Shown here: piece after piece, positions 1 through 10,963 of the stretch
Numbering within the stretch: the stretch's first letter is position 1
Layout of the letters: each line of letters opens with the position of its first letter
NCBI GenBank assembly: GCA_965240325.2
Contig: OZ251222.1
Coordinates: 3,534,001-3,598,000 of the forward strand
Source of the DNA: Rebecca billardiae RCC1528
Taxonomy: Eukaryota; Protista; Haptophyta
DNA length: 64,000 bases
Direction of reading: 5' to 3'
Translations under genes and position numbers: made by a program
The notes under the pieces: model-generated
The model's input: the letters and a program-made list of their open reading frames with translations, nothing else
What the model was told of the DNA's origin: nothing
Databases searched by the model: none

Positions 1-51
1 CGGACTGGCGCTGCGCCAGTGGCGGCCACCAACCCGGACTGCGGCGCACCA

Positions 52-954
52 GCGCTTGGCGCGCGCGCGGCGCGGCGCGCTGCGGCCGTCGAGTTGCCAT
101 GCGAAGGCGGCGCGTTGCGTGCGTGGCATCGGAACGCTACCGTGTTCCGCACTGCGCCCCGCAGCTCGCTCCTCGTCGACTTTGCCGCGCCTACGATCAG
201 CGCGCATGCGAGCGTCGCCTCGGAATGAGCAGCCCGCGCCGGCCTCAGCCGTGAGCGCCCGCCTGGCGCGCGATGCGATCAACTTGGGTCACGAGCTGCG
301 GCTGGGCGAGGAAGCATGTGCCTGCGCGCAAGCCGCGCCGCCTTGAGACACCGATCGTGAGCAGGGCATGCACCTTGCACGCAACTATTCTTCTTGCCCT
401 TGCGAATGTCGCGGTGCCCTTGAAAGGACTCCTCATCAGAGCAACTACTCAAGCATGGCATGACGGCAGCCACGCGCGCAGGCGATGCATACAGCTGTAC
501 ACGAGTCGCTGCGCGCACACGCAACCCGAAGACTCCTGTTCATCACTTCAGGGCGCTCACGGTCTGTTGTTTCATCTCCACTGCATGCAAGGCTCGTGCA
601 GGCTGATCGGCATTCGTCGACAACCGTCTGAAGCTGCATCAACGCGCACGATCGATGTCTCAAGGCGGCGCGGCTTGCGCGCGGGCACATGCTTCCTCGC
701 CCACCCGCAGCTCGTGCCCCAAGTTGATCGCATCGCGCGCCAGGCGGGCGCTCACGGCTGAGGCCGGCGCGGGCTGCTCATTCCGAGGCGACGCTCGCAT
801 GCGCGCTGATCGTAGGCGCGGCAAAGTCGACGAGGAGCGAGCTGCGGGGCGCAGTGCGGAACACGGTAGCGTTCCGATGCCATGCACGCAACGCGCCACC
901 TTCGCATGGCAACTCGACGGCCGCAGCGCGCCGCGCCGCGCGCGCGCCGAGCGC
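52..954. repeat. Long inverted repeat (fold-back): ~308-bp arms at 52-359 and 647-954 around a ~287-bp spacer
   Basis: The arms are near-perfect reverse complements with only a few substitutions. The ORF track shows the same peptides on opposite strands (56..346+ vs 660..995-). Confidence 0.95.
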
Positions 955-1161
955 CCATCGACGCCAGCGCGCCTTCGCGCCAAGCGCGTTTTCATTTTCC
1001 TCGCTTTGTTTTCGCGCGTGAGTTTTTATTGGCGCATGACCCGCGCGGAACGCCCCCTGCGGCTGAGCTGGTGAGCAGCAGGTGAGCTGCCATCGTGTTT
1101 TGCGGCGTCTCGGCAGCTACCGCTCTCCGCTCAGTCTCGTGCGGCGACGCACGCGGCAGCG

Positions 1162-2046
1162 ATGTCGGACGACCCGCTCTTCGACGCGCGCAACCACTTC
1201 CACCTGGGGCACTTTCAGACCGCGATCAATGAGGCGATGGGCGCGAATGTCGGCACCGACGCCCTGCGCGTCGAGCGCGACGTGCTGATGTACCGCGCAT
1301 ACCTCGAGCAGGGCAACTTTGCGGTCGTGATGAGCGAGGTGCAGGACAGCGCGCCGCCCGCGCTGCGCGCGGTGAAGCTGCTGTGCCAGTACAAGCAGTC
1401 TGACGACGCGGGTCGGCAGGCCGCCGTGGGCGCGCTGCAGGAGCTGCTCGCCGGCGCGAACGTGGCGAGCGACACGCCGCTGAGCGTGACGGCCGCGGCG
1501 ATTTTCTGCCTTGAGAAGGACTACAAGGAGGCGCTCAAGTGCACGCACCAGGGGCAGACGCTCGAGGCGCTGGCGATGGTCACGCACGTGTACGCCGCAA
1601 TGAACCGCGCAGACCTCGCGGAGAAGCAGGTCGCCATCATGCAGCGCCATGACGACGACGCGACGCTCACGCAGCTCGCGGCCGCGACCGCGATGATCGC
1701 AAAGGGCAGCGGCAAGTACCAGGACGCGATGTACATCTACCAGGACATGTCCGAGAAGTACGGCCCGTCGGCGCTGCTGCTCAACAACCTCGCCACGTGC
1801 TGCATGCTGCTCGGCAAGTACGAGGACGCCGAGTCGCACCTGCAGGAGGCGCTGGGCAAGAACCCGGCAGACCCGACCACGCTCGCCAACATGGTGGTGT
1901 GCCTGCAGCACCTCAAGAAGGCGCCCGACGTGGTGACGAGGTACATCACGCAGCTGCGCACCGCGGCGCCCACGCACCCGTGGGTCGAGGCGTACGGCGC
2001 GACCGAGCGCACCTTCGACAGGTGCGCGGCACAGCTGAGCCGCTGA
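1162..2046 (+). CDS. COPE: Coatomer subunit epsilon (epsilon-COP)
   Basis: 294-aa intronless ORF. N-terminal DPLFDARNHFHLGHFQ, DDDATLTQLA, TPR-like helices and C-terminal PTHPWV...FD are typical of epsilon-COP. Confidence 0.95.
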   Translation: MSDDPLFDARNHFHLGHFQTAINEAMGANVGTDALRVERDVLMYRAYLEQGNFAVVMSEVQDSAPPALRAVKLLCQYKQSDDAGRQAAVGALQELLAGANVASDTPLSVTAAAIFCLEKDYKEALKCTHQGQTLEALAMVTHVYAAMNRADLAEKQVAIMQRHDDDATLTQLAAATAMIAKGSGKYQDAMYIYQDMSEKYGPSALLLNNLATCCMLLGKYEDAESHLQEALGKNPADPTTLANMVVCLQHLKKAPDVVTRYITQLRTAAPTHPWVEAYGATERTFDRCAAQLSR

Positions 2047-2725
2047 GCGGGAGGAGCTGCGTGGACGAGACGCGCAACTGCTGGCCGCTGTGGTCAGTGC
2101 CCCGCTGCGCGCCGCCGCGCAGGCTTGGCGCTGTCGGGTCGGCGGTGTGGACACAGACGGGTGCCGCTCGAGACAAGGCGCGCTGGCACATCTCTCGGAG
2201 CTGGCCGAAGCTGGTTGCCAGGCCAGTGAGTGCTAAGCGCTTGTTCACCGGAATCACCGGTGACCCGGTGTCACTGAGAGACCTTGCGCAGGACAGCTTC
2301 ATTCTCAAGTTCAACCGCCAGAACCGTCAACCGGGATGAGCCATGAGACATGAGTCGGGGAGACGCCCAGCTGGCACTGGCAGCTAGCTGCAGACAGCCC
2401 GCAGCAGATCGGACCGGGACGGACTTAATCTCAAATCTCCACGCCGGGACACTCTATTACTCAGAAGCGCAGAGTAAGCCTGCTATAGTAACTCACATCA
2501 GTCGGGTAACGCGCGGGCTGCGCTCAGTCACTCGGCTCAGTCGGGTCGCGCCTCGCGGCCCCGGCTGCGACCGCCTGCGGGCGCTGCGGCGCCGTCGGCC
2601 GCGGGCGCCGCCCGGCATCACTCCGCACCGACAGCAGTGACCCTGCACTACTGATGTAACCACGGGCACTAGGCACCGTAACAGTAGCTAACAGTAGCTG
2701 CTATAACAATTACGACGATGAAGCC

Positions 2726-2763
2726 AATAAGAGACGCACACAGCGTAGTAGGCAGGCGAGATT
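2726..2763 (+). mobile_element. Partial copy A of the 55-bp dispersed element
   Basis: AATAAGAGACGCACACAGC(gtagt)AGGCAGGCGAGATT matches the copy at 22892-22959. Confidence 0.85.
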
Positions 2764-4137
2764 ACTACTACTACTAGGATAAGTACTGTTACTAGGTGCC
2801 GTGGAATCCGGCGTGTCCCAGTTGCTGCCAACCAACTCTGTTAAGTGTATCATGTCGTCATCATCGGAGTCCGGGGCCCCGGCGCCGATTCTCATTCAGA
2901 CTACGTACGTCTGATGAATCGGACTGAGCTCTAGGGCTCCCGTCATCAGTCCGTCGGGCCGTTCCGCCGTCCGGCGTGTCACGGGGCGTTCGGCCCGTTC
3001 GTCGGGTCCGATCAGCGCGCAGCTAGTGCCAGTCTGGGTCCCCGTCCTACTCAGCAGTATGATATATAAGCCTCGCGGCTCAGGCTACTTCTTCGAGCCA
3101 CTTCATCAGTGGCAACGGGCTTCATCACGAATCAATGCACAGGAGCTCGGTACCATATCCGATTCCATCACCGTTGCCCCCCCGGGCCGAGCCGGGTCCG
3201 CGATTACGTATCAACTGGCAGGCACGGGTCGTGAAAGCTCTCACGGGTCGTGAACGCGCTCATGGCTGTGTCAAGAAGCGCACTGCACGTTCGGCAAAGG
3301 CGGTGCCTCTAGGTGCGTGCTTACTGTGTTGCAGCGTGGCTCCTGTAAAAGCGAGCCCCCCTGCGCAAGGTAGACGTTGGGGTAGCAGAATCATAGATAC
3401 GCTGCCTCGAGTCCGTGCAACCCTGGCTTTAGGAGCGTTGCTTCTCGTGGGATTGCTCGGCGGGCGGGGCTAGCCCACAGGATGGAAAGCGAACGCAGGC
3501 ATGAACCACGGACGCCGTGCGCTCAGGGATGCAGGAACACGAAGCACGGATCCGCGTTGGTGTACGCGAACGATCCGCAGAAGCGCACTCGCAGTGTGCC
3601 TGCCGCGCTTCCAGCCAGCACCACAGTTTCAAGTTGCGAGGTCAACGAGAGGCAGGTCGCCTTGTGAACCAGTGCAGGTTGTATTCAGGCGCTCAATGCA
3701 TCATCCCCATCCTTGCCGCGACGGCGGGCGGGGCGCGACGACCGGAGCGACGGGCGCCACGACGGGCGCGATCGACGGCGGATCGATTAAGGAGATATCC
3801 CGCCACAATGCATGCTTTCCGGCCTCGTTTGCCCAACCTGCTTGCCAGCTGTGAAGAAGCTAAGATCATACTTGTATAGGATCATTTCTATAGTATGTTC
3901 TCTCACTTGTTCTCTCTGAACAAGATGAATCTCATACCCGCGAGGACGAGGCAGAAGAGTTGCGGGACACTGTGACAGCTGACAAGCTTCTTGACAGCAT
4001 CGATGCACGTTTCGAGCAATGTCTTCGATCTGAGAGGGTACAACGAAAAAACAATCTGAATCTAGATTGTCGACAGACGTGGCCAGCCACGACGACAGAG
4101 CGCGGCAGCGCGCGCGCGCACATCATCGGTCGCATCG

Positions 4138-5508
4138 ATGGCGGCAAGCGCCACGCGCGCCCGTCGTCACGCCGGGTGGTCGTGGGCAGCTGCGGCGGCG
4201 CTGGCTTGCGCGGCGCTGGGAGAGGAGCGGGCGTTATCGACGTGCAGCCTGGACGCGTTCGACGCGCCGCAACCCGCGCCACGTGACATCCTTGGCGGCG
4301 CTGGTGGCAGCGGCGGCGGCAGCGCAGACGTGGGCGGCTGGGACCCCGCGCTTACAGGGCCGTACGTGTGCGCGATCGGCCGCCCGGGCTGGTCGCTCGA
4401 CATCGAGGCGGAGTGGGACGCGTTTGCCCGCGTGTACAGCGCCCGCTCGCGCGCGTGGTGCGAGCTCGACGCCCTCGCCTTCCAGGTGCAGCGCTTCCCA
4501 AAGAACGCGCTGAGCGCGTGCGTGGCGACGACCGGTGGCACTGGCATCTCGCACCACTTCGGTATGTGGCTGAGCGTGCGCGCGGTGCGGCCCGCGCTGA
4601 TCGTCGAGTCGGGCGCGTACCGCGGCAAGGGCACCTGGGTGCTGCGCCAGGCCGCCGGCCCCGACGTGCCGATCGTCGTGCTCTCACCGGTCGCGCCGCG
4701 GCAGCTGGGCGGCTGGGTCGACCGCTCGGGGCGCACGCACTACATGGTGGGCGCCAACTTCACCGACTTTGGCGAGGTGGACTGGGCGGCGCTGCGCGCG
4801 CGACTCGGGCTCGGCCCGCGCGCGCCCGCGCTCGCCTTCTTCGACGACCACCAGTCCGCCACGCGCCGGCTGCCCCAGGCGCGCCGGCGCGGCTTCCTGC
4901 ACGTGCTCTGGGACGACAACTTTGCGCTGGTGCCGCCCGTGCAGCGCAAGGGGCTGTGCACCAGCCCCAAGATGCTGTGCGACGGGCACAACGCGCTCGG
5001 CGCGCTGTTCAACGTGAGCGATGCGCAGTCCGAGCGCGACCACTTCGGCGCCACCGTCCGCCCCGTCTCGCGCGCGCAGCGCGTGCAGCGCGCGCGAGAG
5101 CTGCGCGCGGCTGCTGAGGCGTACGTCGAGCTGCCCCCGGTCTCCTGGCTGCGCACCGCGTTCCCCAAGCCCGTGCTCGGGGCGATCGGCGCGGCGCGCA
5201 CGCGCGGCGGGGCTGCCGGGGCGTGCCGCCTCGTGCGCGACTTCTCGGGCATGCAGCAGCGCCCGTGGTTCGTCGGCGACGAGGCGGCGCGCCGGCGCGC
5301 CCAGCTGACGCCCGCCCCCCTCGAGCTGGACGCGCACACGGTGGACGCGCTGCGCAAGCTCGCCGCGCAGCGCAAGCCGGTGGCGGGCGGGCACGCGCGG
5401 CAGCCGGCCCTCGGCAGCCGCCTCGTGTTCTCGCCGCCGGCCGACGCGTATGGCAACATGGCGTACATCCGGCTCAGGCCGCTGCCGCCGTCGGCGTCAT
5501 ACTCGTAA
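4138..5508 (+). CDS. Uncharacterised class I SAM-methyltransferase-like protein, probably N-terminally anchored or secreted
   Basis: 456-aa ORF with host-like codon usage and a hydrophobic N-terminus. Motifs HFGMW..VRP.LIVESGAYRGKGTWVLRQA, FTDFGEVDW and FFDDHQ...LWDDN resemble a conserved plant/algal uncharacterised family with a Methyltransf_24-like motif I. Confidence 0.7.
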   Translation: MAASATRARRHAGWSWAAAAALACAALGEERALSTCSLDAFDAPQPAPRDILGGAGGSGGGSADVGGWDPALTGPYVCAIGRPGWSLDIEAEWDAFARVYSARSRAWCELDALAFQVQRFPKNALSACVATTGGTGISHHFGMWLSVRAVRPALIVESGAYRGKGTWVLRQAAGPDVPIVVLSPVAPRQLGGWVDRSGRTHYMVGANFTDFGEVDWAALRARLGLGPRAPALAFFDDHQSATRRLPQARRRGFLHVLWDDNFALVPPVQRKGLCTSPKMLCDGHNALGALFNVSDAQSERDHFGATVRPVSRAQRVQRARELRAAAEAYVELPPVSWLRTAFPKPVLGAIGAARTRGGAAGACRLVRDFSGMQQRPWFVGDEAARRRAQLTPAPLELDAHTVDALRKLAAQRKPVAGGHARQPALGSRLVFSPPADAYGNMAYIRLRPLPPSASYS

Positions 5509-6148
5509 CGCTTGCGCGGTGGCGCCTCAATCTCACTCGATCTCACTCTCAGGCAGACTCAGCCCGAGTCAGGCTCACGTCGTGAAAGCGTCGTCACAGC
5601 ATTGACGACTTAAATAATGACGACGAGGATAGACTACGACCCCGGCGTTAGACTGCCCTGATTACGACTGATATATATATATACTTACTCTATACTTATA
5701 TCTAGCCACTGCTCCTATCAGGCTGCTCATCAGATAGACTGATATAGTGAGTAACTATGGCGCCGGGCTGAGCTCAGCATCATATCGGATTATTGAAACG
5801 CGCACAGCGGCGTGATGCGCGGACAGGTTGCACGGGAAACGCGACTGTCCTTGGTGTTACATTTCTCAGACACGGCGCCTCTGAACTCACTGAAGCAAGG
5901 GTGTCCAGGGTCCGCCTTCTTACGCAGTGTGAGTGGAACCTTGTGCGGCCGGGCTGCGACACTCAGCAGAAGCCACGATAGCTGACGGCTGTCGCCGGCC
6001 GCCGCGCGCACTCTGCGCCGACATGCCGCTGCCGGGTAGTCATGAAATCCCAAAGCCCCGGGCGCGATGCTCCGCGAGTCCTCGACGGCGGCAGCGGGCC
6101 GCATCGCGCCGCACTCGCCGCCGTCCCGAGGCCCTTGCCGTCACGCGC

Positions 6149-6910
6149 TCATCGGAACGGGCGCGGGCGGAGGATGCGCGCCTTGCCCGGCCTCCGCTGC
6201 TCCTTGGCCCACTTGAGCGTCGCGTCGGAGATGTAAAAGTCCATCAGGCGTGACGGGTCCTCCTCCGCCGCGCGCATCACGTCGCCCAGGCTGGTGACAG
6301 TCACCGACGGCTTGGAGGGCAGTGGGTCGCGGCTCTTGATCGACGTGCGCGCCCACACGCGGTCGAGCTCCTCCTTCGAGAGGAAGAGCGGTGTGACGGT
6401 CTTGCCGCGCTTGTTCGCGGCAAGGCCCTCCGCGACGAACACCGGGACCTCGGGCGCCCGCTTGAACGGCTTGCCCTGCGAGAGGTAGACCATCTTTGCG
6501 TTGGTGCGCTGCCGCGTGTGCGGGTGGAAGCGCATCAGCATCCGCAGCTCGCGCCCCTGGTCGTTGTACAGGCCCGAGCGCTGCTGGCGCTGCGCCATGC
6601 GGATGGCACGGTGCAGATCCGTCTTCCACATCCGCGCGTCCGAGGCACCCGGCATGCGCTTGAGCTCGTCGAGCGAGCGCTCGGCGTCGCGCAGGAAGAC
6701 GTACATCTTGCCCACCTGGTCGCCCGACGGCATGTTGGTCAGGTACGGCTGGCCCATGTCGTTGGTGAGCAGGAACACGGGGACCTTGCCCAGGAGCGAC
6801 TTGAGCGACTGCTTCCGTATCAACACCTCACCGCGCGCCCCGGCCGCGCAGAGGGCCACCGCCGCGACGAGCACGCGACACATGGCGGCCGCTCGCATGA
6901 TGAAGGCCAC
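6149..6910 (-). CDS. TIC22: Tic22-like plastid protein-import chaperone with N-terminal signal peptide
   Basis: Contains the duplicated Tic22 motifs L.KVPVFLLTN..GQPYL and VPVF...TPLFLSKEELDRVW...VTSLGDV. A hydrophobic leader (VLVAAVALCAAGARG) precedes them. Confidence 0.8.
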   Translation of the reverse strand: MAFIMRAAAMCRVLVAAVALCAAGARGEVLIRKQSLKSLLGKVPVFLLTNDMGQPYLTNMPSGDQVGKMYVFLRDAERSLDELKRMPGASDARMWKTDLHRAIRMAQRQQRSGLYNDQGRELRMLMRFHPHTRQRTNAKMVYLSQGKPFKRAPEVPVFVAEGLAANKRGKTVTPLFLSKEELDRVWARTSIKSRDPLPSKPSVTVTSLGDVMRAAEEDPSRLMDFYISDATLKWAKEQRRPGKARILRPRPFR

Positions 6911-7045
6911 GTGTTGCCGTGCTGCGCGAGGCCGCTGCGCTCGGACGACTTGAGTCTTGACGAGCGACGCGATTGGTGGTCATCAAGCCGCTGAATGCAC
7001 GATGGCTGCCGCCCGCGCGTGCCCGAGAGAGGGGGCCCAAGAGCC

Positions 7046-8671
7046 ATGATGGCCGCGGAGGAGCAGCTGTACGCCTGGCTGCAGGCCCACGGCGCCCGCT
7101 TCGACGCGCTGCGGCTAGCCGACTTCCCAGACGGGCGCGGGCTCGCTGCGACGCGCGACCTCGCCGAGGGCGACGAGCTGCTCCGCGTGCCGGAGCGGCT
7201 CTTTGTCTGCGATGCGTCCGCAGCCGCATCGCAGCACGGCGAGCTCGCGCGCGCGGCGATGGCCGACGTGACCCCGGCCGAGCAGATCTGCGTGCAGCTC
7301 GTCGCCGAGCGCGAGCTCGGTGCCCGCTCCTTCTACGCCCCGTGGCTGCAGCTCGTGCCGCGCGAGTACACAAGCGGCCTCACCTTCGGCGCGGCCGAGC
7401 TGGAGCGACTGCGTGATGGCGGGCTGGTGGGAGCGGTGCGCGCGGAGCGCGAGCGGCTCCGCGCGCGGCACCGCATCCTGCGCGACGCGCTGCGCGCCGC
7501 GGGCGGCGCCGACTCGGCCGCGCTTGCGCAGCAGCTCAGCTGGCGCCGCTTCCTGTGGGCGTGGTGCACGCTGCAGAGCCGAGGCGCGCACATGCCCGCG
7601 GCACAGCGCGGCGGCGCGGACGGCGGCGAGCCCGCCCGCGGCGCGCGCGACGCGGGCTGGGCGATCGTGCCGTATGGCGACATGTTCAACCACCGCAACG
7701 TGCCCACGCGCGCCGCCTACGACCCCGCCTCGCGTGCGTACGTGTACACGCTCGCGTGCCCCTCTGGCGTGCGCGCGGGCTGCGAGGTGCACGTGCAGTA
7801 CGGTGCGCACCCCTCCGCCGAGCTGCTGCTGTCGTATGGCTTCGTGCCGAGGGAGAACGAGGCAGAGACGGTGGTGCTGCCGGCGGCGCTCGGCGAGGCG
7901 CGCGGCTCGGCGTCAGAGCAAGAGGTGGACGCGCGGCGCGCTGAGCTGCTCCTGCAGCTCGGCCTCAGCGGGCCGCCGTGCCTGCGCGCGCGCGCGGACG
8001 CTGGCGGCGTGGCAGCCGATGCCGAGTCGGCCGCGCCTGCGGTGGAGGCTGCGGGCACGGAGGATGCGCTGCCGTGGTCACTGCTCACGGCGGTCCGCAT
8101 CGCGCACATGCGCGAGGACGAGCTTCGCGCGTACTGGCGTGTCCTCGGCGGCGAGCCCATCTCGGTCGGCAACGAGCTGCGCGCGCTCAGCTGGCTGCGC
8201 TCCCAGCTGGACAGCCGGCTGCGCCAGCACCAGCACCCAGCGGCCGCCGCCAGGCGCGCCGAGCCGGGGGCACAGGGCGGTGCGCGTGCGGAGGTGGTGC
8301 GCGCCATCGACGCGTGGCACGCGTCGCAGCGCAAGCTGCTCGTCGCATGCCGTGCGGCGGTGGAGGCGCGACTCGTGGACCTCGAGCATGGGCCAAACAG
8401 CGCGGGATCGGCAGAGCCGGCCGCTGCCGAGCCCAAGGCGGCGCCGATCGTGGCCTCGCGCGCGCGGGATGCGCTGCCTGCGGCACCTCCGTCCACGAGC
8501 GTGCGGGGCGCCAGGCGCCAGGCGCGGCGGCGGAGGAGCGCCGGTGGGGATGACCTGGACCGGGCTGGCGAGCCACATGCTGACAGTGTGCACACTGGCG
8601 GCGGGTTCGAAGGCGGCGGCGCTCGCGCAGGCAAGAAGGGACGCCGATCGTCGAGCACGTTGGAATCGTAA
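7046..8671 (+). CDS. SET-domain protein-lysine methyltransferase (Rubisco LSMT/SETD3/SETD4-like)
   Basis: Motifs WL..HGA, GRGLAATRDL..G..LL.VP, P.GDMFNH, G.EV.VQYG...AELLLSYGFV, followed by an LSMT substrate-binding region (PISVGNE..AL..L). ATG at 7046 preferred over 6995. Confidence 0.9.
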   Translation: MMAAEEQLYAWLQAHGARFDALRLADFPDGRGLAATRDLAEGDELLRVPERLFVCDASAAASQHGELARAAMADVTPAEQICVQLVAERELGARSFYAPWLQLVPREYTSGLTFGAAELERLRDGGLVGAVRAERERLRARHRILRDALRAAGGADSAALAQQLSWRRFLWAWCTLQSRGAHMPAAQRGGADGGEPARGARDAGWAIVPYGDMFNHRNVPTRAAYDPASRAYVYTLACPSGVRAGCEVHVQYGAHPSAELLLSYGFVPRENEAETVVLPAALGEARGSASEQEVDARRAELLLQLGLSGPPCLRARADAGGVAADAESAAPAVEAAGTEDALPWSLLTAVRIAHMREDELRAYWRVLGGEPISVGNELRALSWLRSQLDSRLRQHQHPAAAARRAEPGAQGGARAEVVRAIDAWHASQRKLLVACRAAVEARLVDLEHGPNSAGSAEPAAAEPKAAPIVASRARDALPAAPPSTSVRGARRQARRRRSAGGDDLDRAGEPHADSVHTGGGFEGGGARAGKKGRRSSSTLES

Positions 8672-9029
8672 TCGTTGTCAGCATCAGCATATCAGCATCA
8701 GTCAGGCCGGGGTTGGGAACCGTCAGCCGTAGTGAGGCGCCGAGAGACTACTACGCGGTTCGTGTAACGGGCCGATGAGAATCAGAGCAGACTGCAGGCT
8801 GGCATTACCCATGAGACATGATGATGATAATTGATATGCGCATCACTAGCTTAGCTAGCAGTATCGTCATCAATAATAATTATTATCAGCATCGCGCATT
8901 ATGTGATGCGGATGTCAGCGTCAACGACAACGATCCTGCTCACGAGTCATGACGTGCACTTCTGTGACTGCTTCTTTCTGACCTGACTTGACTCGGACTG
9001 AGCAGAGTGAGCTCGAGCTCACTCCACCA

Positions 9030-9035
9030 TCTCTC

Positions 9036-9080
<45 letters not shown>
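9030..9080 (+). repeat. (CT)n microsatellite
   Basis: Seen directly in the sequence. Confidence 0.95.
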
Positions 9081-9082
<2 letters not shown>

Positions 9083-9637
9083 GTGCTGCTGTATCGCCGA
9101 GTAGTAGTAGTTACAGGGATGAGTAGTATGTAGTTTTGCAATAATCGTATCTGTCGATCCTGCTCTTAACACGCAACAGCGCTATATACATATCATCGTC
9201 GTCATTTCTGCATCACCGCCTAATACTGTCTCGGGTCAGCAAGTGCGTCGTGGCCGTGGAGTGCTCGGGGCGGGGCAGTGCCTCGGGCTCGGTGCGGTCG
9301 TACGACGGTAGTAAATATATACCACACATGCGCGAACGACACAATTGCCGCCAGCGCAGTGAGACTGATCGAGCGCGCGCCGACTTCATCCGAGCCACGG
9401 GCCATATTGAGGCCGGCCGACTCGTCAGCCTCAGTCAGTCCCACTCGCCACTCGGGCACTTGACAGTGTCCTGAGACTTGAGAGCTCACTGATAATGAGG
9501 GAGGTGACTGAGGCTCGCCGGGCGCGCCACACTCGCTGGCACGCAATAATAAATAATATGACAATTACGCCACGCGCGCGGCACGATTGGCCTCAGGCCT
9601 GGCGCCTGTCGGGCTCAGTAGTTGATGATATGACGAC

Positions 9638-9671
9638 GTGAGCACAGAGCAGTCGACTGCTCTGTGCTCAC
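9638..9671. repeat. Perfect 34-bp palindrome
   Basis: GTGAGCACAGAGCAGTC|GACTGCTCTGTGCTCAC, with no loop. Confidence 0.95.
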
Positions 9672-9874
9672 TACTCGTACACTAGCAGTACCGCATCATA
9701 TATATATATATATGTATAGCAGTTTGTGACGTCGACAAACTACGACTCATCATCAGGCGCTAATAATAACCAGCTGTCAGATTGCCGGAAAGTAACTCGG
9801 TAGCCTGGCTTGAGCCCCTGTGACTAGTGAGTGTGACTACGTCTACCGCCAATCAGTAACTCGTATGCACTTTG

Positions 9875-9878
<4 letters not shown>

Positions 9879-9965
<87 letters not shown>
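9879..9965 (+). repeat. (AG)n microsatellite
   Basis: Seen directly in the sequence. Confidence 0.95.
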
Positions 9966-9967
<2 letters not shown>

Positions 9968-10435
9968 ATCATCAGATTCGTTCAGCGGTCTGAGAAGGCA
10001 CTTGACTCTGTTGTGCCGCGCACTACTCAGACGACGTAGGCGGCCACTCGGCCGCCGGCACCGCCGGCACGGGCTCAGTTGAGTGCCGATGACTTCGAAT
10101 CATCATATATATTGCTGTAGTGAATGTGACCGTCACGGTGTACTCAATCGGGCAGGCCGTCTGGCGTCTGACTCTCAGGCTACAGGGCTGTCGGGCTGAC
10201 CGCTGAGCCCGCGCGGCCGCTCAGGTGGCTCAGCGGGCCATTCTCAGCCGCGTTGGCGCACCCCCGGTGTGCGGAGCAGTCTGATCAACGGATCCCAGGT
10301 GGCACGCACGGTGGCAACGATGTGGTCTGCGCGTTTGTGCCGTCGACTCTTTTGCCGTGCTCCGAGCTCGCCTGAGCAGGGCGATGCCGAGAGGCGAGAG
10401 GCGGAATCTTTGGCAGGAGTGGTCAGTCACGGCTG

Positions 10436-10780
10436 CTACTGCTTTGGTACAGCCTGCTGCTGCTGCTGCTTTTTCAAGCGCTTGCGGGCTGCTTTGCTCA
10501 TGTAGACCTTTCCGTCTCGCCCGACACTTGCGGGCACTCCATCGGGCGCGAGCTTCCGCTGCAGGTCGCTCGGCTTGGCCTTCTTCATCACGGCGCCTTC
10601 CTCCGGGATGCCGATGCTGCGGCCTTGCTTGCGCGCGATGGCCTTGGCCGCCTTGAGGGCGTTGTCGCGCTCGAGGCGCTGCGCCTCGAACTTGAGATGC
10701 GACGCGCTCTCACAGAAGGCGGAGTTGACGTTGTAATTGCCGGGCTTGGCTGCGTCGCCGAGTCGCTTCTTCTTCGTCAT
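10436..10780 (-). CDS. Small basic (Lys-rich) hypothetical protein, 114 aa
   Basis: Runs from ATG 10780 (MTKKKRLGDAAKPG...KRLKKQQQQQAVPKQ) with GC3-rich codons, divergent from Tex. The longer ORF to 11206 is antisense to Tex. Confidence 0.65.
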   Translation of the reverse strand: MTKKKRLGDAAKPGNYNVNSAFCESASHLKFEAQRLERDNALKAAKAIARKQGRSIGIPEEGAVMKKAKPSDLQRKLAPDGVPASVGRDGKVYMSKAARKRLKKQQQQQAVPKQ

Positions 10781-10963
10781 CGTAGTTTGGGCCTTTGGGT
10801 TAGTCAGTGCCCAGCGGCAGCCATCCTGCGCACCACACCCCCGCGCAACCAATTTCTTTGGTGCAACCAGCAACGCAGTGACCAGGCAGGCTGGCAGGGG
10901 CCGCGGCTGCCGCGCAGCGCCGGCGCCCGCCTGGCCGCGACCGCGAGGCCTTCCTTCGTCACG

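Noticed and set aside
10625-10963. N-terminal extension of the Tex ORF from a TTG start
   Set aside because: It overlaps the antisense small gene, and Tex homology starts after ATG 10964.
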